From positions 1,247-65,246 of the forward strand of contig JAPLDA010000071.1 of the NCBI GenBank assembly GCA_026391945.1: a DNA stretch of 64,000 bases, written 5' to 3'. Positions 10,202 to 19,799 of the stretch are shown here, piece by piece. Origin of the DNA: Bacteroidota bacterium (lineage in GTDB: Bacteria > Bacteroidota > Bacteroidia > AKYH767-A > 2013-40CM-41-45). Under the pieces are notes generated by a model. That model had not been told where the DNA came from. It ran no database searches and saw only the letters and a list, made by a program, of their open reading frames with translations. The position numbers and the translations under genes are program-made. Each line of letters opens with the position of its first letter. Position 1 is the stretch's first letter.

Positions 10202-12655
10202 TTATTCAAAATAATTTGCAATGCTGATGATTTCAGCGAACACTCCTGCCGCCGTCACTTCCGCTCCAGCGCCTGGCCCTTTCACAACCAACGGGCGGTC
10301 ATGGTAACGTTCGGTCGTGTATGAAATGATGTTATCGCTTCCTGATAAATTATAGAATGGATGCGAAGTGTCGACTTCCTGTAAAGAAATCGAAGCACGG
10401 CTGTTCTCAAGCTGGGCGATGAAACGCAACACTTTGTTTTTGTCATCAGCCTTTTTTCTACGAACATCAAAGAAATCGTTTGAACGTTCCAGCTCAGTAA
10501 AAAATTCTTCCACCGTTTTTGCCTTTTTGCAATTGGCAGGAAGAATTTGTTCAATCACGATATCATTCATCTCGATATTCAAACCCGTTTCTCTTGCGAG
10601 GATTAATAATTTTCTGGCAACGTCCATTCCACTCAGGTCGATGCGTGGATCCGGTTCGGTATACCCTCTCCGGTGAGCTTCATGAACGATGTCGCTGAAT
10701 TTCGTTCCGGCTTTAAAATTATTATAGATGAAAGAAAGCGTTCCCGAAAGAACTGCTTCAATCCTGATGATCGTATCTCCGCTTGACAGTAAATCCTGCA
10801 ACGTGCCGATCACCGGCAAACCCGCTCCCACATTGGTTTCGTAAAGGAAACGAACGTTTCTCTTTTTTGAAATATCACGCAGCTTCGCATAGTCTTTCAG
10901 CTTTCCTGAATTGGCTAATTTGTTTGGTGTCACAATGGAAATGCTGTGGTCGAGAATAGTCTCATAGTGTTTAACAACTTCCTCACTGGATGTATTGTCA
11001 ACAAAAACACTTTGAGGAAGATTCAGGCGTATCATCTCCCGGATAAAACCAGCCATGTTCATTTTTTCTCCCGACTTGTCCAATGATTCTTTGAAATTCT
11101 TTGTGTTGATTCCGTTTTCATCAAACAACATTTTCTTTGTATTGGCCAATGCCACGAGGTTGATTTCAAGAGAACGGAATTTTTTCAGATGAGTTTTTTG
11201 TTTTTCCATCTGCCTCAATAAGGTGTTCCCGATCAGTCCGGCGCCGATCATAAAAACATTCAACGTTTTGGTATCCGAGAGAAAGAATGACTGGTGTAAC
11301 GAATTCAGCGCCTTGTTCAGGTCAGCGCGATGAATCACGACGGAAATATTCAGTTCGGAAGAACCCTGTGCTGTAGCGACAGCGCTGATTCCGTTTTTTC
11401 CAAAAGCCTGGAAGAGCCGTCCTGAGACACCGGGCGTGTTTCGCATGTTCTCACCGATCACCGCCACCACAGAGAGATGATCTTCCACCCGCACTTTCTG
11501 AATCATGTGTGCTTTGATCTCGAGGCTGAATGCATCATCAATGGCTTTGCTTGCAATGGCTGCATCAGCAGGCTTAACAGCAAAACTGATGGTATGCTCG
11601 GATGAACCCTGGGTAATTAAAATAACATTGACTTTGGCTTGCGACAACGCGCCGAACAATCGCGCTGAAATACCTGCAACACCAACCATTCCGCTTCCCT
11701 GCAACGTAAGCAAAGAGATTTCATCAATCGATGAAATGCCTTTGATCATAAATTGCTGATCGGTGTATTCGGTAGAGATGCAGGTTCCGTTCGAGGATGG
11801 ATTGAACGTATTTTTTATCCAGAGCGGAATACCTTTTTCCAGTGCCGGCTGTATCGTTGGAGGATGAATGACCTTGGCACCGAAATGCGACATCTCCATC
11901 GCTTCTTCATAGGTCATGGAAGAAACGGTGAACGCTTTTTTAACTTTTCTCGGATCGGCAGTCATCACGCCGTCCACATCCGTCCAGATCTGAATTTCAG
12001 ATGCATCAAGAGCAGCACCAAAAATGGCTGCTGTATAATCTGAACCGCCTCTTCCTAATGTGGTTGCTTCCCCTTTTTCCGTTGAACCGATGAAGCCGGT
12101 AACACAGGCAATGCCTGAAAATTTATTAAAATAATCTGTGATATTTTTATTGGTTAATTTGAAATTCACCAGCGCACTTCCGAATGTTTCATCTGTTTTG
12201 ATGTATTGCTTTGCATCGAGAAATGATGCTTTCATTTTTTGAGAAATGAAATACGCTGAAATAATTCTTGAAGAAAGCAGTTCACCAAAACCACTGATGA
12301 AATCAAGGGTTCGAAATGATAATTCCCTTACGAGGAATACGCCGTGCAAAAGATCATGAAGTTCCGAGAAAGATGATTCAATAAAATCCCGGAGAGGTTT
12401 ATCCTTTGTCAGCCGGAGTTCTGAAATGGCGTTACGATGCCTTGTTTTAATTTTCTCAAAAACCTCGAGGTATTTTTTATCCCTGTTGGCTGCGAGACGG
12501 CTGGTCGTAATGAGGTCATCGGTGACACCGCCGAAAGCTGAAAATACGACGGCGATTTTTTTATCTTTCCGATGAGTTTCTGAAACAATTTCTGCGACAC
12601 CTTTAATCCTGCTGGCGTCAGCGACAGAGGTGCCTCCAAATTTCAATACGATCAT
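10202..12655 (-). CDS. thrA: Bifunctional aspartate kinase/homoserine dehydrogenase I
   Basis: VLKFGGTSV, LGRGGSD, two ACT domains, GAGLIG, YETNVGAGLP, GPGAG. Start at 12655 preferred over 12682. Confidence 0.96.
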   Translation of the reverse strand: MIVLKFGGTSVADASRIKGVAEIVSETHRKDKKIAVVFSAFGGVTDDLITTSRLAANRDKKYLEVFEKIKTRHRNAISELRLTKDKPLRDFIESSFSELHDLLHGVFLVRELSFRTLDFISGFGELLSSRIISAYFISQKMKASFLDAKQYIKTDETFGSALVNFKLTNKNITDYFNKFSGIACVTGFIGSTEKGEATTLGRGGSDYTAAIFGAALDASEIQIWTDVDGVMTADPRKVKKAFTVSSMTYEEAMEMSHFGAKVIHPPTIQPALEKGIPLWIKNTFNPSSNGTCISTEYTDQQFMIKGISSIDEISLLTLQGSGMVGVAGISARLFGALSQAKVNVILITQGSSEHTISFAVKPADAAIASKAIDDAFSLEIKAHMIQKVRVEDHLSVVAVIGENMRNTPGVSGRLFQAFGKNGISAVATAQGSSELNISVVIHRADLNKALNSLHQSFFLSDTKTLNVFMIGAGLIGNTLLRQMEKQKTHLKKFRSLEINLVALANTKKMLFDENGINTKNFKESLDKSGEKMNMAGFIREMIRLNLPQSVFVDNTSSEEVVKHYETILDHSISIVTPNKLANSGKLKDYAKLRDISKKRNVRFLYETNVGAGLPVIGTLQDLLSSGDTIIRIEAVLSGTLSFIYNNFKAGTKFSDIVHEAHRRGYTEPDPRIDLSGMDVARKLLILARETGLNIEMNDIVIEQILPANCKKAKTVEEFFTELERSNDFFDVRRKKADDKNKVLRFIAQLENSRASISLQEVDTSHPFYNLSGSDNIISYTTERYHDRPLVVKGPGAGAEVTAAGVFAEIISIANYFE

Positions 12656-12720
12656 AATGTTTTCCTGTTCTTCGTTAAGCATATCGATACGAAGAAACAG
12701 GTAAAATGTTCAGGATATTT

Positions 12721-13290
12721 TCAACCTGAAAGCCAGTTGCCGATCAGTGTTTTACCATGTTCAGTAAGAATGGATTCCGGGTGAAACTGAACACTGCAAA
12801 GATCATAGGACCGGTGTCTCAAAGCCATGATGCGGTTCTCCCTGTCAACAGCCGTAACATGAAAACAGGCGGGCAGATTCTTCCTGCTCACCATCCATGA
12901 ATGATAATGACCGGTCTTAAATTCTGAAGGAATGTTCCTGAACAATTTTTCAGCGGGATCCGATACACAGGTGATCCGGCTCACTCCATGCTGAACTTTT
13001 TCCATGTTAAACAGTTCACCGCCGAATGCGACGGCTATGGCCTGGTGCCCGAGACAAACTCCCAAAATAGGTTTTACACCTGAAAACTCTTTGATGAGTG
13101 GGATCATGATTCCGGATTCGGCGGGTAAACCGGGACCGGGCGACAAAATCACTTTGTCGTACCTGTTGATTTCCTCTAAAGTTATTTCATCATTCTTAAA
13201 AACGTCGGTGCTGATTCCATCAAACTGTTCAACGAGATGAAACAGGTTAAACGTGAATGAATCGTAGTTATCCAGAATAAGTACTTTCAT
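12721..13290 (-). CDS. Anthranilate/aminodeoxychorismate synthase component II (TrpG/PabA glutamine amidotransferase)
   Basis: LDNYDSFT, LSPGPG, GVCLGHQ, QFHPES. Confidence 0.93.
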   Translation of the reverse strand: MKVLILDNYDSFTFNLFHLVEQFDGISTDVFKNDEITLEEINRYDKVILSPGPGLPAESGIMIPLIKEFSGVKPILGVCLGHQAIAVAFGGELFNMEKVQHGVSRITCVSDPAEKLFRNIPSEFKTGHYHSWMVSRKNLPACFHVTAVDRENRIMALRHRSYDLCSVQFHPESILTEHGKTLIGNWLSG

Positions 13291-13400
13291 TTTAATCATT
13301 CAGAAGGCGCTAAGTTCGTAAAGAAAAATACTTTTGCAGAAATATTATTTCATCAACCCGGAACTGAAACGAAAAACCACCTAACGAATTCCATCCCATC

Positions 13401-13778
13401 ATGAAAAAAACAATCAACACATCCCAGGCCCCTGCTCCTATCGGCCCTTACAGCCAGGCCATCCTGGTGAACGAAACCCTTTATGTCTCAGGACAAATTG
13501 CCATCGATCCTTCCACGGGGAACCTGGTCACCATCAACATAATTAAAGAAACCAACCAGGTGATGCATAACCTGATGCATGTGCTGAAAGAAGCAGGAAT
13601 GGATTTTACAAACGTTGTGAAGTCAACCATCTTTCTAACGGACATGAATAATTTTCCCGTAGTGAACGAGGTATATGGTTCTTATTTCACAGATCAGTTT
13701 CCGGCAAGGGAAACTGTACAGGTATCAAGGTTGCCGAAAGATGTGAACGTGGAGATATCGGTGGTGGCGGTGAAGTGA
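13401..13778 (+). CDS. ridA: RidA family enamine/imine deaminase
   Basis: APAPIGPYSQA, SGQI, FPARETV, VEI. Promoter-like TACTTTTG at 13329-13336. Confidence 0.92.
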   Translation: MKKTINTSQAPAPIGPYSQAILVNETLYVSGQIAIDPSTGNLVTINIIKETNQVMHNLMHVLKEAGMDFTNVVKSTIFLTDMNNFPVVNEVYGSYFTDQFPARETVQVSRLPKDVNVEISVVAVK

Positions 13779-13780
13779 GT

Positions 13781-13817
13781 TTTTAGACAATAGATTTTAG
13801 ATGTCAGACGTAAGACT
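13781..13817. repeat. Degenerate heptamer tract with AGA core
   Basis: AGA at 13785, 13792, 13799, 13806 and 13813 (exact 7-nt period). Confidence 0.7.
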
Positions 13818-13850
13818 ACAAACTATTGTAATGAAAGCCCGTCCACATTT

Positions 13851-15578
13851 TTAAAAATCACTCTTCAGCCATTTCCTGAAAAATTGTTTTTGTTCCGGCA
13901 ATGCATCCAGGTGTTTTACAATTTTATATTTATGAAAAAATGTTTCACTTCCGGGAGCCAGGGCAATATCTTTCAGTTTCTTTCCAGGCGTAAATACGGT
14001 GAGTACAATTTTCTCGTCAGAAAAATACCGACACAGTTCATCCAGGTTTGATTCCACTTTTATTTCGTTTACTGCGGCAATCTCATCACCTTGACCGATT
14101 CCGGCGCGAGCCGCAATGGAAAAGGGAGCTACAGCAGATACTTTGGTAATCCCCGTTTCCGTTTCCGTTTTAAAACCGAACCTTGATTCATAATATTCTG
14201 ATGAAACACGTTTGAAAAGATCACATCCGGCAAGATGCAGCATTTCACTTAAAAATTTTTCATACGAATCCGTTCCGTACACATAATCAATAAAAAAATC
14301 GGCAACGCTTTCACCCATGATGTTTTCAATCACCGAAATATAATCGTGCTCGGTATAACCGGTTTTCTTTTTTCCGAAATCGTTGTACAAACTTCTGAGT
14401 ACATCATCCAGCGAATGGATGCCAGACGTTTTCCGCCTGATCATCAGGTCCGTCATCAAGGCAATCAAACAACCTTCATCGTAGATGGAAGTCTTGCGAT
14501 GAGGAACTCCTTTCACGTAGCCATCCAGCCAGGTATCGAATGACGAATCAGCCACCGACAGGTTAAACCTTCCGTAATTATCAAAATGTTTCTGAACACG
14601 CTGGCTGATTTCTTCCAGGAATTGTTCCGGTGAATACACACCGCTTCTCACCAAAAACAAATCACCGTAGTAAGTAGTGACTCCTTCGTAAACAAATCCA
14701 AGTCTTGAATAATTTTCCTGTGAGTAATCATACGGCATCATTTCAGCCGGCCGGATTGTTTTCACATTCCATGAATGAAACAACTCATGGGAAGCGAGGC
14801 CGGTAAAATCAGCATACAACGATTCCGACATCAGTTTATATTCTGGCCCGATGGCAAGAACGGTTGAAGCAAGATGTTCAACACCATGATAAAATTTCCC
14901 GGGAAGAACCTGCACAAGAAAATGATATTCATCTGCCGGAAACGTTCCCATCGTTTCGATCTGCTCCACTGTAAAATTCCTGAAATCAGTGAGGATCCTT
15001 TCCCAATCCGGTTTGCAGTTTCCCTGGAACCAGATGTGAAAATTGATATCATTAACAGAATAGGAGTTGTGGTGAAGAGAAGCGCTTGCGATCACAGGCG
15101 AATCAACCAGCGCATGGTAATCATGGGCTTTGAAAACCCGGTCTTTTAATTTTATCAGTGAGGTAGCAATCCTGTAATTCGAAGGCAATACAAATTCCAC
15201 GAAACAGTTTTCATGGATTCGTTCTTCGACATACAAACAGCAATGAATGGGATTGATGTACAGCTGGTCTTCATCGAGCCAGCAACCGCCGGCATCAAGT
15301 TGAGAAGCAAAATAATTGTAGCGGATGAGAACAGAGCCTTCGCCGGGTGTTTTTACTTTCCAGCAATCTTTCGTAACTTTTTTAAACGGCAACGGATTTT
15401 CCTGCTGATCAAAAGCCTGCCAGCGCTGAATATTTTTTGCGAAGTTTCCCAGCTCATAACGGCCAGGCCGCCACGAAGGAAGCTGGAAAAAAATTTCCTC
15501 CTGGTTCACATCCTCCACCACCATCTCGATCTCGATGTAATGGGAAACGGGGTCAGGTGCTGAAATTTTATATTTCAT
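13851..15578 (-). CDS. M61 family metallopeptidase with C-terminal PDZ domain
   Basis: WRPGRY, GVEH, HELFHSWN zinc motif, YEGVTTYY; PDZ-like AGIGQGDEIAAVN. Confidence 0.9.
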   Translation of the reverse strand: MKYKISAPDPVSHYIEIEMVVEDVNQEEIFFQLPSWRPGRYELGNFAKNIQRWQAFDQQENPLPFKKVTKDCWKVKTPGEGSVLIRYNYFASQLDAGGCWLDEDQLYINPIHCCLYVEERIHENCFVEFVLPSNYRIATSLIKLKDRVFKAHDYHALVDSPVIASASLHHNSYSVNDINFHIWFQGNCKPDWERILTDFRNFTVEQIETMGTFPADEYHFLVQVLPGKFYHGVEHLASTVLAIGPEYKLMSESLYADFTGLASHELFHSWNVKTIRPAEMMPYDYSQENYSRLGFVYEGVTTYYGDLFLVRSGVYSPEQFLEEISQRVQKHFDNYGRFNLSVADSSFDTWLDGYVKGVPHRKTSIYDEGCLIALMTDLMIRRKTSGIHSLDDVLRSLYNDFGKKKTGYTEHDYISVIENIMGESVADFFIDYVYGTDSYEKFLSEMLHLAGCDLFKRVSSEYYESRFGFKTETETGITKVSAVAPFSIAARAGIGQGDEIAAVNEIKVESNLDELCRYFSDEKIVLTVFTPGKKLKDIALAPGSETFFHKYKIVKHLDALPEQKQFFRKWLKSDF

Positions 15579-15598
15579 GAAAGGAAATCAACAATCAT

Positions 15599-15985
15599 TT
15601 ACTCAACGGTCACTTTGGTTAATCTGAAAGGAATGCTTACAATACTCTGGTAATCATCACCGGCTTCCATCATGTCTTCGTCCTCTTCTTCGTACATCCA
15701 CATCACAGTCACTTCACTCCTTCCTGATTTTTGAACGGCTTCCAGTTTCCTGAAAACATCCAGCAAACATTTGGATGAACTGGTATTAAAATATTCGAGT
15801 TGAATTTTTACGGTGGTGGTTTTCGCCGGCAACTGTAAATACTGATCCAGCCAGTGATACAACGGCTGATAAAATTCAATTGAGTTTTCCGGAATTGATT
15901 TACCGCTCATCTCCAGGACTCCGTCGTCGGCAGAAAAACTGACAAACGGAGTTTTGGATGTGCCTTCAATGTTCAGTGGATTCAT
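15599..15985 (-). CDS. siaC: SiaC family phosphoprotein (DUF1987)
   Basis: TP.V, GKSIPEN, YFNTSSSK phospho-Thr motif, W.YEEEDEDMMEAG. Confidence 0.88.
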   Translation of the reverse strand: MNPLNIEGTSKTPFVSFSADDGVLEMSGKSIPENSIEFYQPLYHWLDQYLQLPAKTTTVKIQLEYFNTSSSKCLLDVFRKLEAVQKSGRSEVTVMWMYEEEDEDMMEAGDDYQSIVSIPFRLTKVTVE

Positions 15986-16012
15986 GCAAGTATGATTATT
16001 CAATTCGTTTTT

Positions 16013-16603
16013 TCAATCAACGGAAATCACCAGGCTGAAAAATGATAACCTGTTGTTTACGGCATCGAAGCGGTAGTTTATTTTTTTTCCTGACTTACGC
16101 GCCATATCAATCAGGCCGAGTCCGGCTCCTCCTTTATCTGACAGTTCCGAACGTCTTAATGCTTCGATGTAATGTGCTTTCAATTCTTCAGCCGTCATGG
16201 CATTCACTTCATCAATCCTGGTCTTCAGTCCCTCGACATGTGTGGTGAGAATATGATTGCCGGTGATGATCCGGTACCTGTTATTTTTATCCTGGCAAAT
16301 CAGGAACATCGCTGATCCCGCACGGTCTTCCGGCTGTTCATCATCCGTAAAATCTTCCATGTGGTGATACACATTCTGCAGGCATTCGACGAGAATGTTA
16401 TTCACCTTTTTCTTCAGCCGCAATTCAGCCGGGCTCATTTCCAATCTTGATTCCATAATCTGGAAGACGGAAGTAAGAAGTTCCTCGGTAATGTTCCCTT
16501 TGAAGGCAAGAATGATATCATCACCTTCCATACGTTTATACATTTCATAAATGTTAAACATAGCCGGGTCTGTGTGGGATGTTATGGAAGCGGATTCTTT
16601 CAT
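16013..16603 (-). CDS. siaB: SiaB family protein kinase (DUF6272, GHKL fold)
   Basis: ECLQNVYHH N-box and GGAGLGLIDMARKS. Start is 16603 or 16561; TATTTTTG on the minus strand at 16616-16623 overlaps the TTG start given in the ORF track. Confidence 0.85.
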   Translation of the reverse strand: MKESASITSHTDPAMFNIYEMYKRMEGDDIILAFKGNITEELLTSVFQIMESRLEMSPAELRLKKKVNNILVECLQNVYHHMEDFTDDEQPEDRAGSAMFLICQDKNNRYRIITGNHILTTHVEGLKTRIDEVNAMTAEELKAHYIEALRRSELSDKGGAGLGLIDMARKSGKKINYRFDAVNNRLSFFSLVISVD

Positions 16604-16742
16604 GCGATGATTTCCCAAAAATAAAGAATTGAATCCGTTTCACAAGCAGATTTTTCTGTCAATATAATGGAAAGTGATTTTCGCACTTAAATTGTTTTTT
16701 ATAACATTACAATCTTCTTTATCTTCCCAACAAAGCGTTTAC

Positions 16743-17735
16743 ATGGAATACCAGGCTTTAATGATTCATTTGTCTTTGATCCTTCGCATCGGTCCGTGGG
16801 ATTTGCTGCTGGTGATCATCCTGCTGATTGTGATCGGAAATTTCTTTTTCATCAAGTGGCGTGACAAAAAATTTCAATATGAAATCCAGGTGCTGGAAGA
16901 GAAAATCAGCATACGCACCGTAGAAGTACTTCAGCAGAAATTCGAACTGGAAAGAAAGAATGAACTGATCGCCGAGAAAAACAAAGAGATGACCGACAGC
17001 CTGAATTATGCAAAACGGATACAGGCCGCCATTCTTCCTAAACCGGAAATCATTCACAGCACGTTCAGCCAATCGTTTATTCTTTACATGCCGAAAGACA
17101 TTGTGAGCGGCGATTTTTATTCGTTCACAAAAAAAAATAACCGGGTGATCATTGCGGCGGCCGACTGTACAGGCCACGGTGTGGCGGGAGCCATCATGAG
17201 CATGATCGGGAGTTCGCTGATGCACCAGGTGATCAATGAAAAAGGAATTACGGATCCTGGAGAAATCCTGGGCCAGCTCAACCTTGGAATCATTGATGCG
17301 CTCAAGCAGGCAGAAAATTCTTCGCACGACGGAATGGATGTTTGCCTGTGTGCTTTCGACATGGAAAAATCCGAACTCGTTTTTGCCGGTGCCAACAGGC
17401 CGTTGTGGATCATACGAAACGGAATCCTTGAATCGTATAAATCCGATAAGTTCCCCATCGGCGGATTGCAGATCGAACACAAAGAGTCGTTTACGAATCA
17501 ACGGATCACGCTGCAGAAAAACGATACGATCTATTTATTTTCTGATGGCTATGCCGACCAGTTTGGCGGCTTGCTTGGGAAAAAACTGATGACAAAAAAA
17601 TTCAAGGAAGTGCTGATTTCCATCCAGGACAAATCCATGAATGAACAGGGAGATTATTTGCATCAGTTCATCAAAGACTGGATGGGAAATGTGGAACAGG
17701 TGGATGACATCATGGTGATCGGGATCAGGATATGA
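16743..17735 (+). CDS. Membrane-anchored SpoIIE/PP2C phosphatase (SiaA-like catalytic domain)
   Basis: TM helix, coiled coil, SLNYAKRIQ, VSGDFY, ADCTGHGV, DGMD, SDGYADQFGG, DDIMV. Start uncertain. Confidence 0.9.
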   Translation: MEYQALMIHLSLILRIGPWDLLLVIILLIVIGNFFFIKWRDKKFQYEIQVLEEKISIRTVEVLQQKFELERKNELIAEKNKEMTDSLNYAKRIQAAILPKPEIIHSTFSQSFILYMPKDIVSGDFYSFTKKNNRVIIAAADCTGHGVAGAIMSMIGSSLMHQVINEKGITDPGEILGQLNLGIIDALKQAENSSHDGMDVCLCAFDMEKSELVFAGANRPLWIIRNGILESYKSDKFPIGGLQIEHKESFTNQRITLQKNDTIYLFSDGYADQFGGLLGKKLMTKKFKEVLISIQDKSMNEQGDYLHQFIKDWMGNVEQVDDIMVIGIRI

Positions 17736-17748
17736 AGAAGATTGAAAA

Positions 17749-19794
17749 ATGAAAAAGCAAATGAATACGATGAAAAAAAATCTACTCATCCCTTTCTCTT
17801 TCCTGATCCTGTGCTTTTGCATGCATCCGGGTATGGTCTTTTCCCAGGCTCCGGCCTTCGATTGGGCAAAACGAATTGGCGGTACCAGCAACGACAATGG
17901 CAATGCCATTGCTCTTGATGTTTCCGGCAATCTATACATCACCGGGCTTTTCCAGGGAACGGTTGACTTTGATCCTGATTCAACGGGAACTTATTTTTTA
18001 ACTTCGGGTGGAAGTTTTTCCGTTTTCATTTCGAAATTTGATAGCCTCGGGCACTTCATCTGGACTAAAGCGATGGGCGGCTCCGGTGGATACATCAGCG
18101 GGCTGTCGCTCGCTCTTGATGTTTCCGGAAATGTGTACACTTCCGGGTATTTTTACGGCACCGTTGACCTGAATCCTGATGCAGGAATATTGAACGCAAC
18201 TTCGAATGGCGGCGACGACATTTTCATTTCTAAATTAGACAACAGCGGCAATTTTGTTTGGGCAAAAACAATTGGCGGTACAGGTACTGATGTGGTGAAT
18301 GGTATGGCGATGGATTCAGTGGGAAGCGGAGGCCTTTACATCACCGGAAATTTCCAGGGCACTGTTGATTTCAATCCGGATGCAACGGGAACATTCTATC
18401 TGAATTCAGCCGGTAACGATGATATTTTTGTCTCCAAATTCGACACCTCTGGAAATTTGATCTGGGCAAAAGCCATGGGCGGAACGGCGAACGACCGTGG
18501 CACGTCCATCACTGTTGATCCTTCTGCTGCCCGGTATGTTTATTCAACCGGTTACTTCCAGGGAACTGCAGACTTTGATCCCGGTGCAGGGGGAACATTC
18601 CATTTGACTTCGGCAGGAAACTATGATATTTTCATTTCCAAATTAGACAGCGCCGGCAATTTTATCTGGGCAAAAGCCATGGGCGGTACCAATGACGATG
18701 AGGCTAACTCCATTGCCGTTGACCCTTCCGGTAACGGCGCCGTTTACACGACCGGTTTTTTTTACCAGTCGGCCGACTTTGATCCGGGAATAGCCACTTA
18801 CATTTTAAACTCTGCCCAGGTCAGTGATATATTCATTTCCAAATTAGACAGCGCGGGAAATTTCGCCTGGGCTAAATCCATTTATGGCGGAGGCTATGAT
18901 ATGGGATTGGCTGTTGCACTTGATCATTTTGGCCATGTTTATACCACCGGTTTTTTCTCTGACACCGCTGACTTTGATCCGGGAGCCGGAACATTCCATT
19001 TGGGTTCTGCCGGAAGCGGCAACATTTTCATTTCCAAATTAGATACTTCAGGAAATTTTGTATGGGCAAAAGCAATGAACGGTACAGGATTCGACCAGGG
19101 AAATTCCATCGCTGCTGATGCTTCAGGAAAAGTATATATCACAGGAGCATTTACGAGTCCTTCCCTGCAGTTTAATACCGATTCATTAACCAATGCAGAC
19201 AACACCAGTTCAACGTATGACATTCTGCTTGCTTCATTGGCTTCCTGCTCCGCGTACTTTACGGTATATGCCGATACGGTTCCACACAACTGGTTTGCGG
19301 TAAATCATGCATCGGGTTCCGGACTTCTTACCTACTCATGGGATTGGGGAGATGGCAACAGTTCAACGAGTGCATCGCCTTCACATACGTACAGCGTTCC
19401 GGGAAATTATAACATCTGTTTGACCATCAACGACGCTGCAGGATGCACCAGCACTTACTGCGATTCGTCCACGTATCTTTACAAAGACAATGGCAACAAC
19501 ACCGTCATTACCATCAGTGTGTTGCCGCAAACGATAACCGGAATTATTGAAATGAATAAAGAGGCTGTACCTGTAAGCACATTACCGAATCCTTTCACCC
19601 ATGAGATCACCATGAAAGGGACAACTGCAAAAGGTGAAATTTTTATTTATGACATTTCCGGGAAAGAAATCCTCAGGCAAAAAACCATGACTGACGAAAC
19701 AAAGATTAACACTGCTTTTATTTCCCGTGGTTTTTATTTACTTCAGTATATCGAAGAAAATAAATCAGCCCATTTTAAGATGACGAAATTTTAA
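17749..19794 (+). CDS. T9SS cargo: SBBP beta-propeller repeats, PKD domain and type A C-terminal domain
   Basis: Five or more repeats of DIFISKLDxxGNFxWAK; PKD YSWDWGDG...HTYSVPGNY; C-terminal PNP...YDISGK...GFYLL...K. Confidence 0.85.
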   Translation: MKKQMNTMKKNLLIPFSFLILCFCMHPGMVFSQAPAFDWAKRIGGTSNDNGNAIALDVSGNLYITGLFQGTVDFDPDSTGTYFLTSGGSFSVFISKFDSLGHFIWTKAMGGSGGYISGLSLALDVSGNVYTSGYFYGTVDLNPDAGILNATSNGGDDIFISKLDNSGNFVWAKTIGGTGTDVVNGMAMDSVGSGGLYITGNFQGTVDFNPDATGTFYLNSAGNDDIFVSKFDTSGNLIWAKAMGGTANDRGTSITVDPSAARYVYSTGYFQGTADFDPGAGGTFHLTSAGNYDIFISKLDSAGNFIWAKAMGGTNDDEANSIAVDPSGNGAVYTTGFFYQSADFDPGIATYILNSAQVSDIFISKLDSAGNFAWAKSIYGGGYDMGLAVALDHFGHVYTTGFFSDTADFDPGAGTFHLGSAGSGNIFISKLDTSGNFVWAKAMNGTGFDQGNSIAADASGKVYITGAFTSPSLQFNTDSLTNADNTSSTYDILLASLASCSAYFTVYADTVPHNWFAVNHASGSGLLTYSWDWGDGNSSTSASPSHTYSVPGNYNICLTINDAAGCTSTYCDSSTYLYKDNGNNTVITISVLPQTITGIIEMNKEAVPVSTLPNPFTHEITMKGTTAKGEIFIYDISGKEILRQKTMTDETKINTAFISRGFYLLQYIEENKSAHFKMTKF

Positions 19795-19799
19795 CGGTT

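Noticed and set aside
12656-12720. thrL-type attenuator
   Set aside because: No Thr/Ile-rich leader peptide or terminator hairpin.
16758-17501. 247 aa antisense ORF
   Set aside because: Shadow of the PP2C gene with no recognisable motifs.
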